Of a DNA stretch of 47,725 nt, positions 36,138 to 45,174 are shown one piece after another. The stretch lies in IMG/VR virus record IMGVR_UViG_3300022741_000070, positions 1 to 47,725 of that record; one strand, given 5' to 3'. The notes beneath the pieces were generated by a model, which was given only the letters and a program-made list of their open reading frames with translations, had not been told where the DNA came from and made no database searches. This DNA is from a virus. Its lineage: Duplodnaviria; Caudoviricetes. Every line of letters starts with the position of its first letter. The first letter of the stretch is position 1. A program made the translations under genes and the position numbers.

Positions 36138-36388
36138 TGGAGACGACGCAGACCAAGCAGCCGTGGCGGACGACCGCCCGGACCGTGTTCCAGGCCGCTG
36201 TCGCACTCGCTGCGGCGGCTCCCCTGATCTACGAGGCCGTGTCGAGCCAGGACGCCTCCGCCGCAACCGGCGCTGGGGCGATTGTCCTGGGCGTCTCCGG
36301 CGCGATCACCCGCGTCATGGCACTCCCGGTGGTCGAGGATCTTCTGCGGCGCTACGCGCCGTTCTTGGCGGCCGACACCGACGCCTGA
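36137..36388 (+). CDS. Holin
   Basis: PWR..ARTVFQ..TRVMALP.VE; two TM segments. Confidence 0.8.
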   Translation: METTQTKQPWRTTARTVFQAAVALAAAAPLIYEAVSSQDASAATGAGAIVLGVSGAITRVMALPVVEDLLRRYAPFLAADTDA

Positions 36389-36390
36389 CG

Positions 36391-36431
36391 AAAAGCCCCC
36401 CCTCCAGTCCATCGCTGGGGAGGGGGCTTTT
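36391..36431. terminator. Bidirectional intrinsic terminator
   Basis: AAAAGCCCCC...GGGGGCTTTT. Confidence 0.8.
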
Positions 36432-36439
36432 CTGTCGTC

Positions 36440-36670
36440 TCAGGACTGCTCGCGCTTGCGCCGCTCGAGCTCCTCGAGTGTCGTCACGCGCTCCGTCCAG
36501 TCGTGCCGCGGCTTGCGCTCGACCGACTGCACGATGGCCTCGAGCTCGGCGCCGTGCTCCTCGCACCGGTCCGTCTGCGCCGAAGCTCCGCGGCGCGCGA
36601 CCCGGTATCGAGTCGTGCTCCGGTCTGGCGCTTGGCAGATGTCGCACACCGTGATCGTCACCTGGGCCAT
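36440..36670 (-). CDS. Lsr2-like N-terminal domain protein with Zn-binding Cys/His
   Basis: MAQ.T..VCDIC...Y......DRCEEH..EL; GGGAGG RBS. Confidence 0.6.
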   Translation of the reverse strand: MAQVTITVCDICQAPDRSTTRYRVARRGASAQTDRCEEHGAELEAIVQSVERKPRHDWTERVTTLEELERRKREQS

Positions 36671-36836
36671 CCTCGCCCACCTCCCTCCGGTCGTCGCTCA
36701 GCGTCGCATTGAGTGTACGTGACGCGCACCGAGATTGCACGCACGCCTGGGCGCGTGGTCACACTTGCACTTTGGGCTCGCGCGGACCAAAATGGGCACG
36801 TCACAGGCGGATAGCAGACCCATGAGAGGAGGTTCG

Positions 36837-37265
36837 ATGCCTGCTTCAAAGATCCAGAACCACACCGAGGTTGCGCGGTGGTTTCGCGAGGGGCGGACGT
36901 ACCGGTGGATGGTTGACCAGTATCGCGAGAAGTACCACATCGAGACGACACCCTCGATGTGGGGCAACTATCGTCGCCGACAGGCGATCGAGCCGCGCCA
37001 TGCGCGGGAGAGCATGGTCCCCTGGCGGCTGCGCGCCGAGCACCGCACGAACTACATGGCCCAGATGCTCCGCGCTGAGGGTCGGCGCCGGGCTGGACTG
37101 CCCAACCCGCCGGCCACGGAGCGGCGCCTGGACGCGTTCATTGCCCGGCTCGACAGGGAGGGACTGGTCGTCCACTACGACGCCGACCTCCCGGAGGGCT
37201 TCTTCATGGTGCCGGCGCGCGAGGGGGTCGACGTCGATCTGATCCGAGAGCCCGACGCGCCGTAG
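36837..37265 (+). CDS. Immunity repressor (L5 gp71 / R4-like)
   Basis: MPASKIQ..EV.RWF.EGRTY HTH; PW.L..EH; VVHYD....EGF..VP pattern. Confidence 0.8.
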   Translation: MPASKIQNHTEVARWFREGRTYRWMVDQYREKYHIETTPSMWGNYRRRQAIEPRHARESMVPWRLRAEHRTNYMAQMLRAEGRRRAGLPNPPATERRLDAFIARLDREGLVVHYDADLPEGFFMVPAREGVDVDLIREPDAP

Positions 37266-37295
37266 CTCGTCTCGAGCGAGCCGCCCTTCCCCGAC

Positions 37296-37337
37296 GACAA
37301 GCCCCTGCCCACACGCCTGGTGAGCAGGGGCTTTGTC
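37296..37337 (+). terminator. Terminator after the repressor
   Basis: GACAAGCCCCTGC / GCAGGGGCTTTGTC. Confidence 0.7.
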
Positions 37338-37487
37338 GCGCCCAGCCTCTCACCTGTGTCGGCGCGTCGCCGAACGAGGTGTGTGACTGTCGGCGACGTG
37401 TGGTGGAATCCTCCCGCCCCTCCAGGGGCACGCTCGCGACGAGAGGGCGAAGGGCCCTCCGCACGCGCCATCGCAAGGAGACCCCCA

Positions 37488-37826
37488 ATGACCCCCGTTG
37501 ACCTTCGCCCGCTCGCGCCGCGGGCTGTTGCATTTGCACGGAGCATCTCCAAGGGTGTAGACATGACGCACCCGACCGCGACCCCCTGGAGGGCAAGGCA
37601 CGTGACACTGACACCTCGAGTGCGTCTGCACCTCGACGACGAGGCGTTCGACTACCACATGGATGTCGACGAGGACGCAACCCGCTACGACATCGAGCGA
37701 GCGGAGGGCGAGGCCGCTAGCCTCGGCTTCGAGCTCGTCGACGAGGACGAGGCACCCGCCGACCTCCTCGAGAACGGCACGACGATGCGCTACTGGCTCG
37801 TCCCGATCATCCCCGTGGAGGTCTGA
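37488..37826 (+). CDS. Hypothetical protein
   Basis: AAGGAG RBS before ATG 37488; acidic C-terminal half. Confidence 0.7.
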   Translation: MTPVDLRPLAPRAVAFARSISKGVDMTHPTATPWRARHVTLTPRVRLHLDDEAFDYHMDVDEDATRYDIERAEGEAASLGFELVDEDEAPADLLENGTTMRYWLVPIIPVEV

Positions 37827-37827
37827 C

Positions 37828-38760
37828 ATCAAGATCCCGTCCCGACTCAGCTACAGCGCGCTCAGCTCCTACGCCGAGTGCGGCGAGCGCTACCGCCTCG
37901 AGCGAGGCCACAAGCTCAACAACAGCACCTGGTGGGCGACCGTCGCCGGCACCGCGGTGCATCACCTCACCGAGCTCTATGACCTGGGCCGGCGCGCCGA
38001 GCGGCTACTCGACACGGGCAAGGTCGAGGAGTGCGCCGTCACCGACCCTGGCGCATTTGAGTACGCCCTCGACGCCGCCGTGAAGGAGGCGAAGGCGAAG
38101 GGCGAGACGAACATCGTCGCGTCCGGCAAGACGCTCCAGAAGCACGGCAAGGGCGGTGGGCCGAACAAGAAGGACCGTGACTGGTGGCTCGTCGAGGGCC
38201 CGGCGATGGTCCAGGCGTACATCGACTGGCGCAAGCTCACCAAGTGGGGCATCGCCGTCATGCCGGACGGGCAGCTCGGGGTGGAGGTGCGCGTCCAGGT
38301 GGAGCTCGGCGGCCGCCCCGTCCTCGGCTACATCGACCGCGTGTTCCTGGACCGCCAGGGTCGCATCATCATCGTCGACCTCAAGACAGGCAAGGAGCCG
38401 ACGTCCAAGCTGCAGCTCGGCACCTATGCCGTTGCGCTCCTGCGCGAGTACGGCCTGCAGGCCGACCGCGGGGCGCTGTGGATGGGCGCGACGGGTGAGC
38501 TGACCGACCTCAAGGACATGACCGCGTACACCGAGGAGTACGTGGACCACCAGTTCGCGATGGCCGCCAAGGGCATCGAGGCTGGCGTGTTCCTGCCCAA
38601 CCCCGGCAACTTCTGCGGCTCGTGCGGCGTCAAGGACTACTGCCGCGCGATGGGGGGTCGACTCGCTGGCTCGATCCCCGTGGTCGAGGTCATGGAGCCT
38701 GCCATCGCCGACGGCCAGGGCCCTCGCCAGAGGGGTGTGGCGCAGGTCACGCCGGAGTAG
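37828..38760 (+). CDS. Cas4-like PD-(D/E)XK exonuclease (start uncertain, possibly ATC)
   Basis: LSYS..C..RY.L, G.AVH, GYIDR, IVDLKTG, QL.TY, C..C....C. Confidence 0.9.
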   Translation: MKIPSRLSYSALSSYAECGERYRLERGHKLNNSTWWATVAGTAVHHLTELYDLGRRAERLLDTGKVEECAVTDPGAFEYALDAAVKEAKAKGETNIVASGKTLQKHGKGGGPNKKDRDWWLVEGPAMVQAYIDWRKLTKWGIAVMPDGQLGVEVRVQVELGGRPVLGYIDRVFLDRQGRIIIVDLKTGKEPTSKLQLGTYAVALLREYGLQADRGALWMGATGELTDLKDMTAYTEEYVDHQFAMAAKGIEAGVFLPNPGNFCGSCGVKDYCRAMGGRLAGSIPVVEVMEPAIADGQGPRQRGVAQVTPE

Positions 38761-38790
38761 TTGTGTAAGTGCCGCGCGCTGTGCTACGGT
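38760..38790 (+). promoter_or_regulatory. Promoter TTGTGT-N18-TACGGT (TGn extended) overlapped by operator GTTGTGTAAGTG
   Basis: Hexamer spacing; repeated 12-mer at 38760-38771. Confidence 0.6.
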
Positions 38791-38822
38791 TACACCACAC
38801 CGATCGAGAGGAGACAAGAACG

Positions 38823-39329
38823 GTGTCTGAGAACGAGGGTCGCCACGTCGCGACCATCAAGTTCGGTCCGGGGTACGACGCCCCGTGGCTGGTCGTCCGG
38901 GCCGACTCGCAGGAGGCCCTCATCGGAGAGCTGGCTGAGGCGTTCGCCATCGAGCCGGCCGAGGACGCGACGCTGGGCCAGGTGATCGTGACCGCCTCGG
39001 CAGCGGCCCGCGGCCTGCACGGCGCTGTGGCAACGCTCGGCGGCAAGATCGAGTCCGCGCCGGTCAAGCCCGCAGCGCGTGGGCGCGCCAAGTCCGCAGC
39101 GTCCAAGCCGGCGAACGACACGCCCGCCCCGACGGCCACACCGGCCACGGCCACGCCGGACGTGGAGCCTGCGGCGAGCGAGGCCGACCCGGTCATCGCG
39201 GCGCTCGACGCGGTCACGTCGATGGACGGCTTCCGCAAGGTCTGGGCCGCGAACCAGGAGGCGTTCAAGCGCCCGGAGGTGGCCGAGCACGCCAAGCTCA
39301 CGCGCGCCCGCCTGGACTCCAGCTCGTGA
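38823..39329 (+). CDS. Hypothetical protein (follows Cas4 in cluster A/BD-like phages)
   Basis: TIKFG.GYDAPWLVVR motif. Confidence 0.75.
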   Translation: MSENEGRHVATIKFGPGYDAPWLVVRADSQEALIGELAEAFAIEPAEDATLGQVIVTASAAARGLHGAVATLGGKIESAPVKPAARGRAKSAASKPANDTPAPTATPATATPDVEPAASEADPVIAALDAVTSMDGFRKVWAANQEAFKRPEVAEHAKLTRARLDSSS

Positions 39330-39652
39330 GCGCGTCCGCCGCGCTCGAGCCGGACGACGGACGGCCCAAGCCCGTCGAGTCCCGGCCCCTGACGCCGGAG
39401 CAGGAGGCCGAGTATGCCCAGATCGTCGGGCTGTTCCGCAACTCGACGCCCGACCCCGAGGTGGTCGTCAAGGGCTCGTTCCTGGCGATCCCGCAGGACG
39501 GCTTCATGGTGGCGATCCCGGAGATCGTCGCCGTGTTCCCCGGAGACGAGGGCTACGCCTCGATCCTCACCCGCGCCGGCGTTGTCGACGCGCGGATCAG
39601 CGCCGAGGGCCTGGTGCGCCAGCTCGGCTTCGGGTCCGACGACAGCGCCTGA
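39326..39652 (+). CDS. Hypothetical protein
   Basis: GTGA coupling. Confidence 0.65.
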   Translation: MSASAALEPDDGRPKPVESRPLTPEQEAEYAQIVGLFRNSTPDPEVVVKGSFLAIPQDGFMVAIPEIVAVFPGDEGYASILTRAGVVDARISAEGLVRQLGFGSDDSA

Positions 39653-39701
39653 CCCACACCACTTCACCGCAACACCGCAACACTCGGAGGTACACAGACA
39701 G

Positions 39702-40142
39702 ATGGGCTTCAACGTCCAGGACATCAAGATCGGCGGCTCCTACTTCAAGGGTGAGGACTTCGTCGAGAACGTCGCGCTCCTGATCGAGGTGACGAACTTC
39801 GAGCGGCAGCTCCCGACCAACTACGGCCCGAAGGACACGGTCACGGCGGACATCACCGCCTTCGCGTCGGTCGACGACATCGACAACGACAACGGCTCGC
39901 TGTCGTCGGGGGTCAAGATCCAGCAGGTCGACCTCGCGCGGCGACTCGCCGACCTGGTCGGCTCGGCCGCGGTCGTTCGCCTCGAGAAGCTGGCGCCGAC
40001 GGCCAAGCTCCCCAACGGCGCCTGGGTCTGGCGCCCGGTCGACGCGGACGTGCGCTCGAAGGTCGTCGCCTTCGGCGAGCGCCGCGAGGCCGCCCTCAAC
40101 GAGGCCCTCTCGGGCGACGACGTCCCGGACTACCTCAAGTAG
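39702..40142 (+). CDS. Putative ssDNA-binding protein
   Basis: GGAGG RBS; OB-like size; acidic DDVPDYL tail; upstream of helicase. Confidence 0.55.
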   Translation: MGFNVQDIKIGGSYFKGEDFVENVALLIEVTNFERQLPTNYGPKDTVTADITAFASVDDIDNDNGSLSSGVKIQQVDLARRLADLVGSAAVVRLEKLAPTAKLPNGAWVWRPVDADVRSKVVAFGERREAALNEALSGDDVPDYLK

Positions 40143-40167
40143 CAGACGCCGTCCTTCCGCCGGGCCA

Positions 40168-40179
40168 GGTGTGTAAATA
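40168..40179 (+). promoter_or_regulatory. Stoperator-like site GGTGTGTAAATA in the loop of an inverted repeat
   Basis: Flanked by GCCGGGCCAGG / CCTGGCCCGGC. Confidence 0.6.
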
Positions 40180-40223
40180 GCGCGCGCCTGGCCCGGCACG
40201 AGCCCCGGAGGGAGGGGTTTCGG

Positions 40224-41042
40224 ATGCTGACCGCATCCCGCGCGCTCACGCTGAGCTCGCAGTCGTCACCCGAGCTGCCGCATGTGGCTGCACTCGATCC
40301 GCTCTACCGCCTGGGCGTCCGGCCGCGCGTCGGCGAGGTCATCATGATCGCCGGACGCTCGGGCACGCAGAAGTCCGGCTTTGCCCTGTGGTGGGTCCTG
40401 AACATGAAGGCGCCCACGCTCTACTTCTCCGCCGACATGTCGCCCTTCCAGGCGTCGGTTCGCATCGCCTGCTCGGTCACCGGGCAGCGCACGGACCAGG
40501 TCGAGGCGGGGATGCAGGACCCGGCGCTGCGCCGCTCGTACCAGCAGGCCACCGCGGACCTGCCGATCACGTTCAGCTTCGGGTCGCCGATCCGCTGGCA
40601 GTCCGTGGAGGACGAGCTCGACGCCTACGTGGAGCTCCACAACGAGCACCCGCAGGTCATCGTCATCGACAACCTCATGGACATCGACGGGTCGTCGGCC
40701 GACTACACCGCCCAGATGGAGGCGATGCAGTCGATCTCCGACCTGAGCCGCGACATCGGCGCGACGGTGATCGTCCTGCACCACGCGAGCGACAAGACCT
40801 GGGAGGCCAAGGCCGACCCGTGGAAGCCGCCCTCGCGCGATCAGATCAAGGGCGGCATGAGCGAGAAGCCCGAGCTCGTGCTGTCGGTGGCGATCGACCC
40901 GCAGTCCTTCGCCTACCGGATCGCCTGCCTCAAGCAGCGCATGGGCCCGAGCGACCCGACCGGCAACACGACCGCGCTGCTCCGGGCCGACCCCGAGCGC
41001 ACGCAGTTCTTCCCGTACGACTACGGCCTGACGGCCATCTAG
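40224..41042 (+). CDS. DnaB-like / AAA helicase
   Basis: GRSGTQKS Walker A, YFSAD, IVIDNLM Walker B, VLHH, KQRMGPSD. Confidence 0.88.
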   Translation: MLTASRALTLSSQSSPELPHVAALDPLYRLGVRPRVGEVIMIAGRSGTQKSGFALWWVLNMKAPTLYFSADMSPFQASVRIACSVTGQRTDQVEAGMQDPALRRSYQQATADLPITFSFGSPIRWQSVEDELDAYVELHNEHPQVIVIDNLMDIDGSSADYTAQMEAMQSISDLSRDIGATVIVLHHASDKTWEAKADPWKPPSRDQIKGGMSEKPELVLSVAIDPQSFAYRIACLKQRMGPSDPTGNTTALLRADPERTQFFPYDYGLTAI

Positions 41043-41053
41043 GAGGTTGGCAG

Positions 41054-41731
41054 GTGATCGAACGCTGGGAGATCGAGGACATCCCCGGCTTCGGCCGAGT
41101 CTCGGCCGACAGGGTGCTCGCGGCCGTCGCCGCCCACCCCGCGGCGGAGGACGCAATCAGCCGGCTCCTCAGCAGGCTTCGCAGCCTGGAGGCGACGCTT
41201 AACGAGGACCAGGCCGCGCGGCGCATCGCCCGGCTCGAAGCGGAGCGCAACGAGCTCGAGGCCCGCCTGTCCGAGAGCGGCGTCCGGGCGCTAGAGCTCG
41301 AGCGTCGCCGCCTCGCCGAGCGCGTGGCCTGGTGCGAGGCGTCGGCCGACTCGCGCCCCGGCTCGTCGACGCCACTGTGCCCCGGAGCTCGCTCCAAGGT
41401 CGCGGCCCTGTCGGCCGCGCGGCAGCAGCTCAAGCGGCTACAGGATCGCGAGGCCCAGGGCGGCTCCGTCGTCTACTTCATGGACTTCGGGGAGACGGTC
41501 AAGATCGGCCGGACGGTGAACCTCCCGAGGCGCGTGGCCCAGCTCGGCCCTCGCTCGGTCCTAGCCCAAGTGCGCGGCGGGTCCGCACTCGAGACTGAGC
41601 TGCACGCCCGCTTTCGGCACCTGCACTCGCCGATCCCCGGCGAGGGCGGGACCGAGCACTTCCGCAAGACGCCGGAGCTCATGCGCTTCATCGCGTCCAT
41701 CGAGAACGACTACGCCGCATCAGCGGCATGA
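41054..41731 (+). CDS. Coiled-coil + T5orf172/GIY-YIG domain protein
   Basis: VVYF..VKIG.T.NL.RR..L...E.ELH.RF...EHF. Confidence 0.75.
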   Translation: MIERWEIEDIPGFGRVSADRVLAAVAAHPAAEDAISRLLSRLRSLEATLNEDQAARRIARLEAERNELEARLSESGVRALELERRRLAERVAWCEASADSRPGSSTPLCPGARSKVAALSAARQQLKRLQDREAQGGSVVYFMDFGETVKIGRTVNLPRRVAQLGPRSVLAQVRGGSALETELHARFRHLHSPIPGEGGTEHFRKTPELMRFIASIENDYAASAA

Positions 41732-41746
41732 GGTAGGTGTCAACTC

Positions 41747-42142
41747 TTGCCCACCCCCGAGGCAACCCGACGAGCCCGCGCATCCAAGCGCAAGGGCTCC
41801 CAGCACGAGACCGACGTCCGAGACTTCTTCCGCCACGCCGGTGCCGACATCGAGCCGCTCAAGCTGAACGGCGCCGAGGATGAGGGCGACCACGTCGTCC
41901 GCCTCGCCGACAACAGCCGCGTCGTCATCGAGGCGAAGAACGAGCAGAAGATCAACCTGGCCGGCTACATGAACGAGGCCGACCTCGAGGCTGCGAACTA
42001 CGCGCGCCACCGCGGCCTCGAACGGCACCGCGTGCTGCCCGTCGCGATCGTGAAGGCGCGCGGCAAGAGCATCGCCGATGCGTACGTGGTCATCCGCCTC
42101 GCCGAGTTCGTGGCGTTCCTGCGCCGGACGGTCGGCCTGTGA
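41747..42142 (+). CDS. Holliday junction resolvase (Hjc-type PD-(D/E)XK)
   Basis: KRKG..HE, G.EDEGD, VIEAKN motifs. Confidence 0.8.
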   Translation: MPTPEATRRARASKRKGSQHETDVRDFFRHAGADIEPLKLNGAEDEGDHVVRLADNSRVVIEAKNEQKINLAGYMNEADLEAANYARHRGLERHRVLPVAIVKARGKSIADAYVVIRLAEFVAFLRRTVGL

Positions 42143-42642
42143 AGGCCGGCGAGCTCCGCAGCCACGCGTACGACCGGTACGCCGAGATCGCCAACGAGGA
42201 GCTCGGGGACGAGTTCGCTGACCTCCCCGTGACGTGGGAGCTGGCGGAGCGCATCCGCCTCGACCTGACCGAGGACTTGGGCGACGAGGCGGGCGACGTC
42301 GGGCCGTCCATGTACTTCCGCTGGCTCTCGGTGCCGGAGGTGTTCTCGCCGCACGTCGACCGGGTCGCGATCGGCCGCGCACTGGACTTCGACTGGCCGG
42401 TGATCGAGCAGCTCACCAACAAGGAGAGGAAGCTGTTCGTCGCCGCCCTGGCGGAGATGGATGACCCGTGGGGCCGGGGGGACGGCGACCTCCTGACGGA
42501 GATCCTGCGCGAGGCGTCGCCCAACGGGAACATCGGGCGGGTCGTGAGCGATCGGAGCCTCGCCTGGGCGCGGGGCACGGCCACTCAGCGAGACACGATC
42601 GTCAGCGCCGTCCGCCGGGCCCGCGAGCGTGGGCGGCGCTGA
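42139..42642 (+). CDS. Hypothetical protein
   Basis: GTGA coupling; 167 aa. Confidence 0.65.
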   Translation: MKAGELRSHAYDRYAEIANEELGDEFADLPVTWELAERIRLDLTEDLGDEAGDVGPSMYFRWLSVPEVFSPHVDRVAIGRALDFDWPVIEQLTNKERKLFVAALAEMDDPWGRGDGDLLTEILREASPNGNIGRVVSDRSLAWARGTATQRDTIVSAVRRARERGRR

Positions 42643-43021
42643 CGGGGAGCGCCCCGACCTGACGGCCGTCCTCGAGCACTACGGGTCCCACCCGCGGCCG
42701 GGGCGCAACGCTCAGATGCTCTCGTGCCCACTGCACGACGACCGAACCCCCAGCATGTCCGTCCATCTCGAGCGCGGCCTGTGGCGCTGCCACTCCTGCG
42801 GCGCTGGCGGTGACGCATGGACTCTCATCATGAAGAAGGAGGGCATCACCTTTGCCCGAGCGCGAACCTTTGCTGCCGGTCTCGGACTCGCGACTGGAGG
42901 AGCTGGAAGCGGCGACGAGCCAGTACGAAGCGGCGGTTACCGAGGACGTCAGCATGTATCTGGCGCTCCGGGGGATCGACGAGCCGGATCGACGTACGTT
43001 CCGCGTTGGCGTCGTGGCTGA
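42629..43021 (+). CDS. DNA primase Zn-finger (CHC2) subunit
   Basis: CPLHDDRTPS..WRCHSCGAGGD. Confidence 0.85.
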   Translation: MGGADGERPDLTAVLEHYGSHPRPGRNAQMLSCPLHDDRTPSMSVHLERGLWRCHSCGAGGDAWTLIMKKEGITFARARTFAAGLGLATGGAGSGDEPVRSGGYRGRQHVSGAPGDRRAGSTYVPRWRRG

Positions 43022-43526
43022 CCCGTTCCCCGAGCACCAGGGCCTCGACGGCTGGCTCGTCATCCCCTACCTGGGGCGCCACGGACAGCCGCTGCAGCTC
43101 CGCTTCCGGTGCATCGCCGACCACGACCACAAGGCGATGGGGCACGGTAAGTACAAGTCCATGCCGGGCGAGTCTGGGCGGATGTTCAACGTCGGGGCCG
43201 TTCACCGCGCCATCGACGAGCTGCACGTCACCGAGGGCGAGTTCGACGCGATGATCCTCAACAAGATCGGCCTGCCGGCCGTTGCAATGCCGGGCGCGCA
43301 GTCCTGGATGCCGCGCCACCGGCGCATGGTCGCGGGCTTCTCCCGCGTCTACGTCTGGGGCGACCCGGACAAGGCGGGCTCGGAGTTCGTCAGCAAGATC
43401 ACGGGCTCGGTTCGCAATGCCCGCGGTGTGCGCCTGCGCGCCGAGGACGGCGACGTGTCCGAGCTGTTCGTCAAGGAGGGCGCCGCGGGCCTGCTCGCGC
43501 GCCTCAACCCCGGAGGTGGTGAGTAA
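42852..43526 (+). CDS. DNA primase TOPRIM subunit
   Basis: YL..RGI, IPY, VTEGEFDA, GDPDKAG; GAAGGAGGG RBS before TTG. Confidence 0.88.
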   Translation: MPEREPLLPVSDSRLEELEAATSQYEAAVTEDVSMYLALRGIDEPDRRTFRVGVVADPFPEHQGLDGWLVIPYLGRHGQPLQLRFRCIADHDHKAMGHGKYKSMPGESGRMFNVGAVHRAIDELHVTEGEFDAMILNKIGLPAVAMPGAQSWMPRHRRMVAGFSRVYVWGDPDKAGSEFVSKITGSVRNARGVRLRAEDGDVSELFVKEGAAGLLARLNPGGGE

Positions 43527-43529
43527 ATG
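43518..43529 (+). promoter_or_regulatory. Stoperator-like site GGTGAGTAAATG
   Basis: Contains the primase TAA stop and the next ATG. Confidence 0.6.
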
Positions 43530-43769
43530 ACGCAGCCCCTGTGGCGCGAGCTCGTGGCCGTCCTGCGACGGCACGGCGTCGCCGACAACGTCATCGCGAT
43601 CGAGGCGACGTCGACCAGCGTCCTCGTCGAGCGGTTCGTGGAGGTGACCCCGAGCGGCGAGGAGCGCTTCGAGTGGGTCCGCCTCGACGGCCAGGACGAC
43701 GGAGGCGAGGCGCGGCGCGTGGAGCGGGCCGAGTTCTTCCTCGACTCACTCGAGTGGGACTGCTCGTGA
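43527..43769 (+). CDS. Hypothetical protein
   Basis: GGAGG RBS; coupled. Confidence 0.65.
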   Translation: MTQPLWRELVAVLRRHGVADNVIAIEATSTSVLVERFVEVTPSGEERFEWVRLDGQDDGGEARRVERAEFFLDSLEWDCS

Positions 43770-43987
43770 TGGCCGTCGTCGTCGCGGGTCAGCGCTTCCG
43801 CTCGATTGAGAAGGCGCTCGAGCTCGCCGGTGACGGCGCGCCGGAGGCTCTCGCGATCATCGCCGACCCCAACCGCCCGGCGGAGCAGGTCGCGCGCGCG
43901 CTGACCGCGCACGGCGCCCCGATCTCCCCCAGCTCCATCCGAACGTACCGGCGCCTCGTGCGCCAGACCGGAGACATCGACAAGTGA
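43769..43987 (+). CDS. Small HTH-like protein
   Basis: AEQVARAL..G..IS.SSIRTYRR. Confidence 0.6.
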   Translation: MAVVVAGQRFRSIEKALELAGDGAPEALAIIADPNRPAEQVARALTAHGAPISPSSIRTYRRLVRQTGDIDK

Positions 43988-45174
43988 CCGACTCCCCGCT
44001 TCTGGACAGCCTCTTGGCCGTCCCCACCGCGCCCCCCGTCGCGCCGCGCCCGGCGCAGGGCCCGACACAGCAGCTCGAGGTGAAGGGCGACGTCGCCGAG
44101 GCGACCGTCGGCCTGGCTGGCGCTCCCTCGCGAGACGAGCTCGACGGCAGGGCGCGTGACCTGCTCGAGCGCAACGACCTGGACCCTGCCGAGTGGCAGG
44201 TGGTTGGCTTCCGCACCTCCGAGTGGACGATGGCGAACGGCGTCGAGGGCGTGTCGGCGCGCTTCTCCTTCGCCCGTGTCGGCACCGCCGCGGCGGGGCG
44301 CGAGTCGCTGCCCATCGACGAGATCGTGGAGCGCGTCCGCCTGGCCGGGCCGCTGACGAGTCCTGGTCGCGGGCAGTACGGCCTGGTCGTCGCGCTCGGC
44401 GACATGCAGTACGGCAAGGTCGACGGGGACGGCGTCGAGGGCACGGTCGAGCGCACGTTCCAGGGCCTCTCCCGCGCCGCTGCGGCGCTCGACGAGCTGC
44501 GCGAGCGCTTCCCGGTGGGCCACGTCCACATCGGCTTCCTCGGCGACCACATCGAGGGCTTCGTCCCCCAGGGCGGGGCGAACGCCTGGCGCACGCGGCT
44601 CACGCTGAACGAGCAGATCCGCCTCACGCGCCTGACGATGCTGCACGCGATGGAGCAGTTCGCTCCGCGCGCCGCGCGCCTGTCGATGGTCGCCGTTCCG
44701 GGCAACCATGGCGAGCCGCAGCGCTTCGCCGGCAAGGGCGTCACCCGCTACGACGACAGCCACGACACGGAGGCGCTGGTCGCCGTGCGCGAGGCCGCGG
44801 CGATGAACGCGCGCGCGTACGGCCACGTCGAGTTCTACGTCCCTGACACGGACGAGATGACGGTCACGCTCGACGTCGCAGGCACGCGCATCGGCCACGC
44901 TCACGGCCATCAGTGGCGCCCCGGCAAGCACTTCGACTGGTGGGAGGGCCAGGCGTTCGGCGGCTCGCCGCTGCGCGACGCGGACCTGCTCATGGCGGGG
45001 CACCTGCACCACTTCCACGTCGACACCAAGGGTCCGCGGATGTTCCTGCAGCCGCCGGCGCTGGAGTCGGAGTCGACGTGGTGGCGCCACGCCACGGGCG
45101 ACAGCGGCCACCCCGGCATCGTCGTGGCGATCACGCGCGACGGCCTGACGTCCCCGATCGAGGTGATCCGATGA
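43984..45174 (+). CDS. Mre11-like metallophosphoesterase / nuclease
   Basis: GDMQYGK, LGDHIE, PGNHGE, AHGHQ, GHLHH. Confidence 0.85.
   Translation: MTDSPLLDSLLAVPTAPPVAPRPAQGPTQQLEVKGDVAEATVGLAGAPSRDELDGRARDLLERNDLDPAEWQVVGFRTSEWTMANGVEGVSARFSFARVGTAAAGRESLPIDEIVERVRLAGPLTSPGRGQYGLVVALGDMQYGKVDGDGVEGTVERTFQGLSRAAAALDELRERFPVGHVHIGFLGDHIEGFVPQGGANAWRTRLTLNEQIRLTRLTMLHAMEQFAPRAARLSMVAVPGNHGEPQRFAGKGVTRYDDSHDTEALVAVREAAAMNARAYGHVEFYVPDTDEMTVTLDVAGTRIGHAHGHQWRPGKHFDWWEGQAFGGSPLRDADLLMAGHLHHFHVDTKGPRMFLQPPALESESTWWRHATGDSGHPGIVVAITRDGLTSPIEVIR

Noticed and set aside
37828-38760. Cas4 as evidence of a CRISPR-Cas system
   Set aside because: Stand-alone Cas4-like exonucleases are routine in cluster A/BD-like phages; no array or other cas genes.
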